Assembly: GCF_006345805.1 (NCBI RefSeq)
Contig: NC_043006.1
Location: 8,556,001 to 8,620,000, forward strand
Origin: Octopus sinensis
Lineage: Eukaryota
Reading direction: 5' to 3'
DNA: 64,000 nucleotides
Part shown: positions 13,070-25,560 of the stretch, in pieces
How the letters are laid out: every line of letters starts with the position of its first letter
Numbering within the stretch: the first letter of the stretch is position 1
Program-made: the position numbers and the translations under genes
The notes under the pieces: model-generated
What the model saw: only the letters and a program-made list of their open reading frames with translations
What the model was told of the DNA's origin: nothing
Database searches by the model: none

Positions 13070-14334
13070 CGAGGGGCGTTCAATAAGTATTGCCCCTGAC
13101 CCACTTCCCATAGCAGTAGACCAAAGATACTTGGCACAGTTATTAGTCTTTTCCTACATAGGAACTACCCAGAGTTGTGCATTTCTCCCATCGTTTGATA
13201 CAGCATTGGAGACCGTGTTTGTAGAAGACCCCAGCTTGGTCCTCCAACCACGACGTGATTTCAGAAATCAAGGCTGCATCATCTGGGAAACGCTTTCTTT
13301 TCAAAATCAACTTCATGGCTGGGAAAAGGTGAAAATCAGAGGGTGCAAGGGGAGGAGTTCATAGCTGCACGCCTGTGCTTCTGATCTGGCGACACGCGAG
13401 TTGTAGACCGGAGCGTTGTCCTGCAGGAGGAGGATGCCTTTGCTGATCTTGCCCCGCCTCTTGATTTTGATAGCTTCTCTTAATTTCCTCAAAAGTGAAG
13501 CATAGTAGGCTCTTGTAATTGTGGTATCCTTTGCCAGGAAATCTGTCATCACTACTCCGTCCTGGTCCCAGAAGACTTTGAGCATAACCTCGTCAGCGGA
13601 GGGCTGCACCCTTGCCTTCTTTGGAGGAGGTGAGTCACGGTGCTTTCACTGCATTGACTGGGCTTTGGTCTATGGATCATAGTGATGGACCCAGGTTTTA
13701 TCCTGTGTGATCAGTCTTTTGAAAAAGTTTGACTCGTCTTCTTGGCACATCTCCAAATTCATCCTCGAGCACTCAACGCGTTCTTGCTTCTGGAAAGGTG
13801 TGAGCAACCTGGAAATCCATCTGGCAGACACCTTTTGCATATGCAAATGGTCATGAATGATAGTTTCCACAGACCCGGTACTAATCTTGACCTTATGGGC
13901 TATTTGGCGAATAGTTATGCATTGACCTTCCAAAATGGCAGCCTCAACTTGACGGACAGACGTCTCATCAACGGCAGAAGGGGGCGACCAGATCTGGGAG
14001 CTGTTTCCACAGAGTTCCGACTATGTTTGAATTCACAATGCCAGCGTTTTACAAGGTCATATGATGGGGCATCATCACCATACGTTACTTTCATTTCATC
14101 AAAAGTCTCCCGTGGTGTGCGTCCTTTCAAATACAAAAAACAGATCACTGTTCGACACTCAACAGGCTCCATTTCACACTTGACTCAGTTCAAACACCTG
14201 CAAATCAGAAACCATAATTAGAGCTGTAATTCGCCACCTAATTTATAGAGGTATAAATAAGTGCACATGCAAAATTACAGCTAGATCAAACAACTGCAAG
14301 TCGGTCAGGGGCATTACTTATTGAACGCCCCTCG
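13070..14334 (-). mobile_element. Full-length mariner (irritans-like) transposon with an inactivated transposase
   Basis: 32-bp TIRs cgaggggcgttcaataagta(t/a)tgcccctgacc with 1 mismatch and TA duplications at 13068-69 and 14335-36. The frameshifted ORF starts at 14172 and has RSGRP, WISRLL, TQDKTW and LLQDNAP; the YSPDL part of the motif is deleted. Confidence 0.96.
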
Positions 14335-15179
14335 TACATAAAACACACTTTAATTTGAAGTATATTGCTGACATATATTTATTTCTCCCTGTTTTCATCA
14401 TTTAGGCAGGTACATTTATTTTACCAGGCTATACGAATGCAATGTCCTCACCTGAAACAAATCTAGAAAATCGCATTCCTACAAATCAAACAGACAACAT
14501 GCAACGCTACACTAAATTGCATTTCTGCCACGAAAGTTTAACATGAGGATAATGGACATGCAACATCATTATTACCAATGAAGAGCTGATGTCGTGAACG
14601 ATTTGTTCGTCTAGAGTACCGAGAGCAATGCATTGGAGTATATAATTCTCGACAAAATTTGAAATTTGTCATATACATGTAATTCATCTAAAATACCTTA
14701 GTTTTTGCCGACAGATTACTTGGTTTGTATAACTATTAGCATTCGTGATATAATTCAAACTCCTGCTTAGTTACTTTTCTATTCACAGATCTAAGCTTGT
14801 TTCAATGCGTTCTCTGTCCATGAACTTCACTTAATTTATTCGGTTATACTACTTCCCTAAATATTTGAAGCCGCGTTCGAAGGTTACAAATCAATAATAT
14901 GGTTCATTTTAGAGTCTCTGATGTTATCACTTTCCAGAAAAGTGAATTCAGAGCATTGATTAATGTTTAAGGTCGAGCAAACTAGGGTACGAAGAGAGAT
15001 TGTTATCAATACCACGAATGCTATGGAACAGCAATGTTTGGTTCAAATAATTCGTGCATATTGATTTTGACCACCAAAAGGTGAGGTAGAAAGTTTCCTG
15101 TCTTAATATAATAAAATATAAAGTCGATGTGTCAGATCATACACACATAGACTGACATTAATGCTTGTATGCATGCATG

Positions 15180-15242
<63 letters not shown>

Positions 15243-15777
15243 GTTTATTTATTTACTTGCATACAAATATAAAATACGTGCATTGCAACAGCAACGCAAG
15301 CAAATTTTGTGCAAACAGCATATATTTTTCTTTCATACACTTAGCGTAAATGGCATGAATTCTGGCCGTTGGGAAAGTGTTCAACCAAAGATCAAATACA
15401 TTTGAGATAACTAAAAGTATAGCTATATATCAAAGTTTTTACTGGAGACATTTTTTTGCAAATATATGGAAAGAAGTAGAATCTATTACGACATTTGAAA
15501 ATCAAGTAAACTATTACAATCAAATTGTAGGAACGGATACTCTCGTGCGCCATATGCTCGATTCTCACCTAGAGTACTTTTCTTCATATACCCTTATAAG
15601 CGTATACACATATTTTGAACGTAGAGAAAATTTTAGGTATTACGCCTTATATAGCTATATATGTTGATAAAATATAACATTTTAATATGAAGGGTTTGCA
15701 TTCAGAAAATGTGAGAGTTTTCTAGAAATGTCTGTAATTGATATTAAACTACATCTAATATGAGCAGATTTGATATA

Positions 15778-17016
15778 GAGGAGTTGGACAAAATAATGAA
15801 AATATCATAAAAAAATTTCAAACAAATTTATTTTAATATGGGGTAGGACCAACTTTGGCAGAAAAAACTCATTGAACTCTATGAGGTATGGACTCGTACA
15901 AAGTTTGAATTGTTTCCAAAGGAATTTTTGTCCGTTCTTCAGCTAAAACAGTCTCCAGTTCTTGTAGTGATGATGGTGGAGGGTATCGACTCCTTACTTA
16001 TTTTTTTTAAATGTACCGGTGGCCGGATAAGCTGTTCAACATCACTGGGGTGTTCCTCGTGCCATTCAGCAAGCACTTTAGCTTTGTGAATTGGTGCATT
16101 ATCACCCTTAAAGATTGCGTTTCCCTCCGGAAACACCTCCGCAATCATAGGATGAATTTGATCAGATAAAATGCTTAGTCTTGACTGTTATTTCTGCCAT
16201 AAAAGGAAACCATTGGGCCTGCGAATTTCTAAGATATAGCCCTACAGATCGTCACAGATCCTCCTCCATGTTTAACAGTTGGAAGAAGGGAGTCTGAGTC
16301 AAATGCTTCTTTTGGCGCTTTCCACACGTATACTCGGCTAGTGGTCAGAAATAAAGTAAAGGATGATTCGTCCGAGAAAATAGCATTCTTCCACAGCTCT
16401 AAGGACCAATTCTGTAGGTTTTCTACTCCACTCTAAACATTTATATCGTTTGTTTTTGAAAGTAGTGGTTTTCTTATTGCAGTCCACCAGTGAAACCCGG
16501 CTTTGTGCAGCTCCCGACGAACATGCTTTGTGGAAACTGGGTTCTCGAACTGGGCATTAAACTCGGCAGTAATTCTGGGAGCTTTACTTTTGTGATTCTT
16601 TCTAACAATTCGCGTAAGAATCCGACGGTCCCTATCTCAAAGTTTTGGATTTCTTCCGGAGTTTTGTTTCGACGAGCAAGTTTTTGCCTCCTTCACAAAG
16701 GCTGTCATTACTTTCGAGACAGTACTTCTTGATATACCAAACATTGCGGTTGTTTTCATTACGCTAGCGCCTGTCATACGAGCACCAACAGTTTGACCTC
16801 TTTGAAAGTTAGATACATCTGTAATTTTAATTAATTTTAATTCACTTTTTGTGACGATACCTGAAGAGAAACAGCAATTTTAGCAATACTTATTAAGTTT
16901 CACTAATGATAAATAAAAAAACCCATAAAAATAAACAAGTTTTTAATAGTTTTATAGATATCCCAGAATTATGATGCTATGATGCTAGGTGTTTCCATTA
17001 TTTTGTCCAACCCCTG
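15778..17016 (-). mobile_element. Decayed Tc1-family transposon
   Basis: Imperfect TIRs (gttggacaaaataatg), TA flanks, and transposase remnants DLSNFQRGQTVGAR, GRNPKL and FKGDNAPIHKAK. Confidence 0.9.
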
Positions 17017-17119
17017 TAAATGCTTTTGATTTAAGCTTCCATCATAGCTCTATTTATATGCAAAATGTGAATGCGTGCTTATAAAAATGGCGTAATAGTA
17101 ATAAAATAATTACGAATCA

Positions 17120-17141
17120 GAACAACAACAACAACAACAAC

Positions 17142-17180
<39 letters not shown>

Positions 17181-17181
17181 C

Positions 17182-17214
<33 letters not shown>

Positions 17215-17215
17215 G
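17120..17215. repeat. (AAC)n/(AAT)n trinucleotide array
   Basis: Direct reading. Confidence 0.95.
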
Positions 17216-18603
17216 CCTACAAAAAGGACAACAGTGCTAAATATTTCGAGAATTCATTCATTCAGAATTTATTTTCAAATTGTTTTGTTCATCAGTTTGG
17301 TTTCCTCTACCAAACAAATACACAAATTAACAAACCCCCCTCTTATATATGCACACATAAATGTTACCCATTATTCGTATACTAGAAAATACATTTCACT
17401 CTTATTACGTAAATTCGATTACACTAAAATAATTTTCATTGATTCACGCAATATTTATTCAAATATAGTGTGTATTAGCTCATTTAGTGTGTCTGATTCT
17501 TCGAAAATTTCTCTTTCTGCACTGTAGTACTATTGTGCACTACATGTACGTGAGCATCCACACATCACTTGTAAGACGTTTGAAGAACCCACAGAAGAGA
17601 TTTTCAATTTCGTGCTCATGCGCGCTTGACTAGCATATACAACACCATTGTTAGTAAAATCCGTATTTAATTTATATAATTAATTTCTATGTATAATATT
17701 GCTTGAAGGCTACTACCTTTAATTTTAGCTTCTTTTCCTTTTTCCCGAGCACTCTTCCTAATTTATTTGTATATTCAAATAATTGTTAGCATAACTGCCA
17801 AATATTTATTAGCGTAAATACTGTTCATGTTTTTAGAGGTGGAAGAGTAAGCACTTAACAAAGTATCTGTCAATTAGGCAGAAAACATCAGGAAAACAAC
17901 CATTAGAAATGGCAGATTGGGTAAATGGAGAGTGATATTGTATTTACTATAAATAAAAGTTACAAAATTAATTACTCCTGTACTAATAATGCACATTTCA
18001 TTTTTCAAATGTGTCACTTCTGACTGAGTAACTAGCTAACAATAAAAAATTATAAGAAAATAATACAAGTGAGTTAATCGAAACAAATAATAAAAGCAAA
18101 GCAGTGAGATGGAATGATTAGAGCGTGATGCGATGTGAGAATCTAAGTATAGAATACCGAAAGTTAAATGAATAACATCAGTTATTGATTGAACAGTTGG
18201 GATAATTCAATTTGTTTCTAACGCTATTATCTTCAATTGCCTTCAACAAAAATGTGTACAATACCAGCACAGAATAATTTCTCCATAATAGTACATTTGT
18301 TTCAGTTTAGTAAGTATTTTATAAATGCCGAGGAAGATGCCGCAGGGCCAGCTTCCACTGCTGCTGATTCCGTTGCAATTATGGTTGTTATTGTCACAGA
18401 TGATAATGCTAATGGTTTGTCTGGCTTTTCGGTTTTTGTAGTTAATACTTCAGGTTTAATAATACTTGTAATAATTGCTTGTAATATAGTCACAAAGCGT
18501 GAAATTCTGTGGCGATGGATAAGTCGGGGAAAGTAACCATATTATTATTTGAGTGGGACTACAGTTTGTTAATAACAGATTGAGCACAGCCAACATTTAC
18601 CGA

Positions 18604-18832
18604 TTTCTTTATTACCCACAAGGGGCTAAACATAGAGGGGACAAACAAGGACAGGCATAGGTATTATGTCGATTACATCGACCCCAGTGCGTAACTGGTA
18701 CTTAATTTATCGACCCCGAAAGGATGAAAGGCAAAGACAACCTCGGCGGAATTTGAACTCACAACCTAACGGCAGACGAAGTACCGTAAAGCATTTCGCC
18801 TGGTGTACTAACGCTTCTGCTAGCTCGCCGCC
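18604..18832 (-). mobile_element. SINE family A, full length
   Basis: Reverse complement of the 5502-5737 type. Confidence 0.92.
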
Positions 18833-19591
18833 AACATTTACCACGGTGGGATTTCAAAACAGGACGTAATTTCATCCTACACTTTCACGAAATTGTTGCC
18901 TTGCTGACATCTTACCATAATGGGTGTTATCTCCGTTTGACTGTCCGTCTGTCTGTCTGTTCCCTCTTCACAGTCAAACGGTTGTACCAATGTTCACGAT
19001 GTTTTTCGGGATTATGAAGGAGGTAATGTTATGTGTTGTTTCTGATTTATATCTGCATTGTTATAACCTTGTTATAATCCACTTTATAAAGTGGCACATA
19101 CAGCGAGTTCAAAGAAGGACACAGCAGAGTCGAAGTTCACAGTGAACTTTCTTAGCATGAAATACCTATCAGCTTCCGTGGTTCAGTTGCTACGGCAACT
19201 AGAGTAGCGACAACAACAAAATCAACAGCTGTTGGAATTAGTTTTGCAGTCAAAAAAACACTTCAGGTTCGCTTTCGGCTGACGCGGTTGCGATTTCAAT
19301 TGAAGAATTTACGTAAAATTCGGAAAAAGGGATTACGTTTTCTGCATACTTCAGAAGGTATGACGGAATCCTCAAGGAAGGCTGTAAAAGCTGGATGGAC
19401 GAACAGATGGTATGTCTTCTTTTAAGGAATTTATCACCAGCAGAACATGAAAAGCTTTTTGTAATTTCATCTTGCCGGGAAGACTATCCGAAATTTGTTT
19501 CGAGGAAACAATAAAGCTATTATCTGAAATATTCAGTGAAAGAAGTTCACTATTAAATATTCACTGGGATTGTTTGAATTTGAAATAAAAA

Positions 19592-19986
19592 GGATCTTTT
19601 CACTTTGACCGGCAGATTTTTAAAATAATTTCTTTGTAACTAAACACTTTTAAACTTCGTATACTGGTAGTGTGATACATAAAACATCTTTTTCTCTTGG
19701 CTTTCTTGAGAAAGTTCTGTAGTTTGTAAGCTATTTGTTGTTTAATTTCTTGCATTTCGGCAATTTCAACCGATCAATGACGTCTATTTAGGTGAATACA
19801 ATATCTGCCGTATTTTGTCAACAGCATTTTCTGGCGCTGTCATATGAATTTGTCACTACAGAGTTTTCTCAAGAAAGCCAAGAGAAAAAGATGTTTTATG
19901 TAACACACTACCAGTATACGAAGTTTAAAAGTGTTTAGTTACAAAGAAATTATTAAAAAAATTTTCCGGTCAAAGTGAAAAGATCC
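19592..19986. mobile_element. Foldback MITE with ~132-bp inverted arms
   Basis: Arms 19592-19723 and 19855-19986 are near-perfect reverse complements, with ggatcttttc termini related to the 8275 MITE. Confidence 0.9.
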
Positions 19987-19999
19987 CCCCCACAAAATA

Positions 20000-22250
20000 A
20001 AATGGAACATTTCATCACGTATGCCGAAATTGTAAATAGAGACGAGAATGAAAAAATTTAAACTCGCCGTATTAAGCTCGGGCATGTTTAAATGTTTAAT
20101 CTTCGTACAAGGATTAACGGTAAGTAAAGGTGCAGAGATAATATTGACATAACTTGAACAAGATTCAAAACTAATTCTACAAATTCAAGACTAACTCTAC
20201 AAATTATGGCTGAAGAATACAAAAGAATTATAAATCTACGACGGGACGCGGAAAAGAAAAAACTGAAAAAGATTATTCAAATATACAAACATGTCGACCG
20301 GTAACAGATACGAAGAAAAGAAACAGTCACTATCCAAACCATGTTATAGATGTGGAGAAATACATTTCAAAAGAAACTGTCTTCTTAAGAATCAAAAATG
20401 TTTTGGAGGTGGAAAAATTGGACACTAGAAATCACATTGATGGTTAAAACAAAAGAGGTCGAACAGACAAAATTCGAGAAAAAATGTATTGTCAACACAA
20501 ATGCAAAGCGAGACACACACGCAGAAAAGAAAACTTGTTTCTATTAAAATAAATAATGTGAATACGAGACTACAGTGGGACACATGTAGTGACATCATAA
20601 TATATTTCTTGACTACCCACAACGGGCTAAACACAGGGGACAAACAAGGACAGACAAACGGATTAAGTCGATTATTCCGACCCAGTGCGTAACTGGTACT
20701 TAATTTATCGACGCCGAAAGGATGAAAGGCAAAGTCAATTTCGGCGGAATTTGAACTCAGAATGTAGAAGCAGACGAAGTACGGTTACGCATTTCGCCCG
20801 GCGTGCTAACGTTTCTGCCAGCTCGCCGCCTTGTAGAGACATCACAATAATCAGCGAGGAGATATGGAAAAAGAAATGGGAAGGCCTGTATAGAAGAAAC
20901 TACAAAAATTTCGAGAGACGTCTCAGGATAACAGTTGCGAAATGATTAGTGAAGTAACATTTTGTGGGAAAACTTTGAGGCTAAAGGTTTTGTACAAAAA
21001 AATACGATGAACCTTTCTTGCCACAGACTGGATAGAATTAATTTATGAGACCGCCCTATAAATATGTTCTGCAATAATCTAAATGGTTATAACTCCAGTT
21101 CAAACAAGGTGTCGGAAGATTTAAAACAGAAATTGAAAAATATTTTTCCTGACGTCTTTTCGGAAGAATTGGGTAAATGCACGAACACAAAAATAAAATT
21201 TCAAATAAAAGAAAACTCTGTACCGGTGATTAAAGCGAAGCGAGCGGTACCTTTTGCAACAATGAATCGAGACAGTGAGGAATTAGATAGGCGAGAAAAG
21301 CTGGGAGTTAGAGAAAAGTTTGATTTTTCAGAACGGGCAGCACCTACTCTTTATGTAAAAAAAACAGTAGCAAAATATGCGTATGCGCGGACTTTTCAAC
21401 AAGCCCAGAGGAAAGTTTTGCGAAGCTCAATGGAGAAAATGTCTCTCGAAATTGGACTTGTCGGAGGCGTATTTACAGTTACAAGTCGAGGAAGAATGTT
21501 CGAAACTATTAAGAATAAACACTCGGGATAAAGGTAGCACCTAGGATATTACACGATGGACACGATGCTTGCAAATACGGATTTCGATATAGCATATTTG
21601 GATGACATACTCATAAAAAAGTGAGTTTAGAGGCCAGCACGAGGAACATGTCAAAAGGGTTTTTCAGAAGGTAAGGAGGTATGAATTGAAACTTAGGGAG
21701 GAAAAATGCGAATTTTACATTTTCATATTACAAAACCAACGTTCTCAGGGCTCGCGAACAATTACCAAACATACATACCAAACCTACATGAGCTAATATC
21801 ACCCCTAAAGAACTTATTGAAAAATATCGTCATATGGTATAGGTCAGACGGGTTTCCAAAAGGGTTCGAAGAAATTAAATAAGTTTTCACATCGGAACTG
21901 TCATTATTGCACTTTGATCCAAATTTTAAAATAGTAGTAGCATCAGATGCTAGCGAAAGTGGTAGAAGAATGGTAATTTTACACAAGTATGGAAACGGTA
22001 GCGTAAAACCCATCGCTCATTCTTCACGTCCATTGTTGGTGGCTGAAAACACTATAGCCAAATTGAGAAAGGATGTAGTAGGCCTTATTTTTGCGGTGAG
22101 AAAATTTCACAAATTCATACATGGAAGGAAATACAGTCTGCAAACAGATCACCGCCCATTTTCATCATTTTATGGATCGAAAAACGGTATCCTCACACAT
22201 ACAGCCAACCGATTGTAGTGGCGGGGAAATGATCCTGCTAAATTATGATT
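20000..22250 (+). mobile_element. Decayed Ty3/Gypsy LTR retrotransposon gag-pol fragment
   Basis: Zinc knuckle CYRCGEIHFKRNC (~20340), a protease-like LQWDTCSD motif split by a SINE, RT LGKCTNTKIKFQIKENSVPV and AYLDDIL (21592-21612), and RNase H LHFDP..VASDAS..KPIAHSSR..LQTDHRP. No LTR or integrase was seen. Confidence 0.9.
20604..20830 (-). mobile_element. SINE family A inserted into the Gypsy protease region
   Basis: Family A sequence flanked by a degenerate duplication (gtagtgacatcataat / gtagagacatcacaat). Confidence 0.9.
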
Positions 22251-22289
22251 GAAGTAAGCGGAAAATAGAAACAACACCAACTCCATCGC

Positions 22290-22670
22290 CAACTAGAGTG
22301 TGACAAAGGATGATCATTTTAATGTCCTAAGGGATTTTAGACACTAATTACGAAAATCAAGTAAGACGATCAATCTTGACAAGGCGTCAAAAACAGTGTA
22401 ATGTGCCTATATCTACTTATATACATGTAGCAGTTGAAGATTAGGGAAAAATAGGAAAATACCAAGGGTTAGCACAAGAAATGCAACGACTGAGAAGGTT
22501 TTTGCAGAAGTGATCCAAGGAGTTATAGGCGTTCTAGATAGCGTTAGCAACATGTTTGCTAGTTTCCTTATAGAGACAGGAAGACCTACCAGATTTGTTT
22601 GAATAGAGAAATTTTCTCTACTAGGAACACTAAAGATTGATCGAAAGATACTAAGAATTTTGATTCCAAA
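22290..22670 (+). mobile_element. R4/Dong-type LINE 3' end (restriction-like endonuclease C-terminus) followed by (GAT)n
   Basis: KIGKYQGLAQEM..VIGVLD..LLGTLK..RKIL-like remnants. Confidence 0.7.
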
Positions 22671-22779
22671 TCTTGCATATTTGTGTACAACATTAAGTAG
22701 TAATGATGATGATGATGATGATGATGATGATAATGATGACGATGATGATAATGAAATTACCTACACACACCATCATTAG

Positions 22780-23690
22780 ATCATTGAAATATTATGACGA
22801 TTACAGACATCTAGGAGTATTAAAAGACGATAAGATAATGAAAAGAGAGATGGGGAATTCATTAAAGATTATACGATAAGAAACAAAATTAAATGGCAGG
22901 AATATTATTAAAGCATATACATATTTGTGATATCCGTATTAAGATACTCTACTCCGTTTCTAAAATGGGCAAAGGCCGATCTACAGAACCTGGAGGGAAA
23001 TAATAAAAAAGCTTCTGATAACGCACTGCACCTTAAAAATAATACCGATCGATTCTACATACCGATAAAATAAAGATAATCGAGGATGGTTTAAGGCAGA
23101 AACAATGTTAACACTACTGAAAAATTATGTTCCTCAGAGTAAACAAAAATTACTATCAGCAGGCAGATATGCAAAAATTGCCCGAAACCGTTGAAGAATT
23201 CAGAAAGAAAAGAGCCCCAGAGCAAACAATTGGAAGAAAATAGAAATACATTGCCAATTAATGAAGCAAACCGAAAATGTCGGATTTAAGTATCACTGAC
23301 TCTGGGTGATGGACGGGAACTTAAAACGAGGAAGCGAAACATTAGTTAGAGCTGTTCAGGTACAATCCTTAACAACAAACCTGGTAAATGCAAATATAGC
23401 AACCCACAGTCAGACAAAACATACTGGAATCTGTAGGAAACGATACTAAAGAATCAATCCCCTTTTGAGTGCGTGCAGTGTACTAGCACAATAAGAGTAT
23501 AAAGAGTGATGTGACTGTGCAAGCCAAAGTGTGCATTGTGATGTTAGCCAAGTATGTGGCTTGAAAACAAAAACAGTGGTATGAACACGAATCAAAGGCT
23601 GTGATAGAAAATGAGAATTACAAGGTCTTGTGTGGTTTCCCTATAAAGATTGCCCATATTATTGATGCAAGAAGACGGGATTTAAAAATA
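22780..23690 (+). mobile_element. R4/Dong-type LINE fragment (RT C-terminus, zinc knuckle)
   Basis: YRHLGVL, TKLNGRNIIKA and KQWYEHESKAVIENENYKVL..DARRRD motifs, with stops. Confidence 0.8.
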
Positions 23691-23739
23691 GAGGACAAAA
23701 TAAACAACCGATGCTAGCTCATATATTTTTAATTCCCTA

Positions 23740-23870
23740 TAACAACTGATAACACCATCATCACTCCCCACCCCAGCACCACAACCACCACAACCACCAC
23801 CATAATCACCACCACCATCACCACCACCACCACCACGACCAATACCACCACCGCCGTCATTACCATCATC
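23740..23870. repeat. Imperfect (CAC)n array
   Basis: Direct reading; source of the Gly-rich minus-strand ORF. Confidence 0.85.
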
Positions 23871-23949
23871 ATATACTAAATATAAATTATACAACAACGA
23901 ATTCAACACCAAAACAGGTATCCCTGAATCTAAAACTGGGATTAACCCA

Positions 23950-25560
23950 CAAGTGGGCATTAACACGACGCTTTGGAATTTAGAGTAAGCAAAATTAAAT
24001 ATGATTCCTGTTCTTCATCTTGGTAATGAACACAATATATTTTTTAAACTAATATCAAACACGCAATCCTAATAAGCAAATAAAAATCATTACATAATGT
24101 AGCGTACACATTTAACATAAATCCAGAAAGTAGTTTAGGCCAATAGAAAGAAATCTCTCCAGCTCAAGATTCATATAAGATGATCTAACGTGATGTGAGC
24201 GATATGATAGTGTGCAAGAAATTCTGTATAAAAATATGAGCTTCGTAAACCAGAATGAACATCTGATTGACATCTGTACACAGAAAAATTTACAGATGAT
24301 TGGATCGAAGAATACTGTATGCAGTTGTTACATACATCATGCAATACCTATACTAAATACACCAATAAAGCAGTCGCTAATTTAATGCTTTACCTGCAAG
24401 AAGAAATAGCCAACTCTTCAACGAAGAAATACCATGTATTCGGAAATGATATATTGATTGATGAAATCTTGGAATATCTACGGTCAAAGGTTAGTAGGAA
24501 ATAGGTCTAACATCACCAATAACAAATGCGATAAAAACGGTCTCGATTTATAAAAGGCACATACGAGATCCAAGAAAGCGTAAGTAAAGGTGTAAGAAAA
24601 CTACGCTTTAAACATATGCTTGAATATATAGACTGACGCAAAAAGAAACAATTTATATATAAAACATATCCAAAAATCCTAAGAACATAGAAACGTTAAT
24701 CTTTCATAAATCTATGAAAGTAGAGCAGCAAAACTTGTGATATTCAATTGTAAGCGATCATACCAGAAAGAAATAGTAGCAGAAAACGAAACATTTAAAC
24801 GCAATAATGGAAATTAAACAATGAAATTAACTTCTCAGACAAAAAAATAAATCATTCAAAGTATAATCAATAGAGTCAAATCAAAAGAAGGAAACGATAT
24901 TTGGATGGTGACCACAATAAAATACTTGAGAGAATTCTCCATCGTAATGAAATAAAAATAACCCTTGACCCAGTACATAGCAAACAACGAAGGCCAGACA
25001 GTCAAGAAATTATGCGGTGAACCAGGAGTCGCTCAAATTGGAAAATATTTCATATGAAAATTAATAAGAATGGATTGAAGCATATATCACTGCACATGGG
25101 ATAATAAAATACCTATGGAGAATATTATTTAAATACAAGTGGGTACTCCGACAAATTGAATAGTCAGAAGTGTTCACTAATGCCCGTAGGCTATAAATGT
25201 AATTTATGCAGAAGCTATGCTAGTGTAGGCGAAAATGTTATGGCAATATACACCACAACGCAACTTCCCTAGAAATACTGGTCAGAAAAATTCACATTAT
25301 AGAAGGAAAAGATCAGACCTATTCTTAAACAGAGATAGAGGAATGGAAGAGAATATTATGAAAAATAATCAGACATTCAAAAGAACTACAAAACCAAGAA
25401 AAATTAATATCGATTTTTGTGATTGTTACAGAGGTCGCAAAATACTTAGAGTGGGAAAATCAGAAAACATAGCATAGGAAGTTAATTCATGAGAAAGCTT
25501 TGAAGGAAAATATAGCAACTAGGTGAAAACATACAATGGAGAAGAAAATGAAAGAGCTAA
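23950..25560 (+). mobile_element. Possible highly decayed RLE-type LINE fragment
   Basis: Coding-like composition with KCNLCR (~25196) and HYRRKRSDLFL (PD-like, ~25295); weak support. Confidence 0.4.

Noticed and set aside
14425-14451. 27-nt minus-strand micro-exon candidate (tttcag|VRTLHSYSL|gtaaaa)
   Set aside because: It could only be used after a TM2-TM3 exon, which was not found upstream, and such splice-like motifs arise by chance.
18237-18536. Overlapping ORFs on both strands
   Set aside because: Low-complexity decayed trinucleotide sequence with no Cys-loop motif or convincing splice sites.
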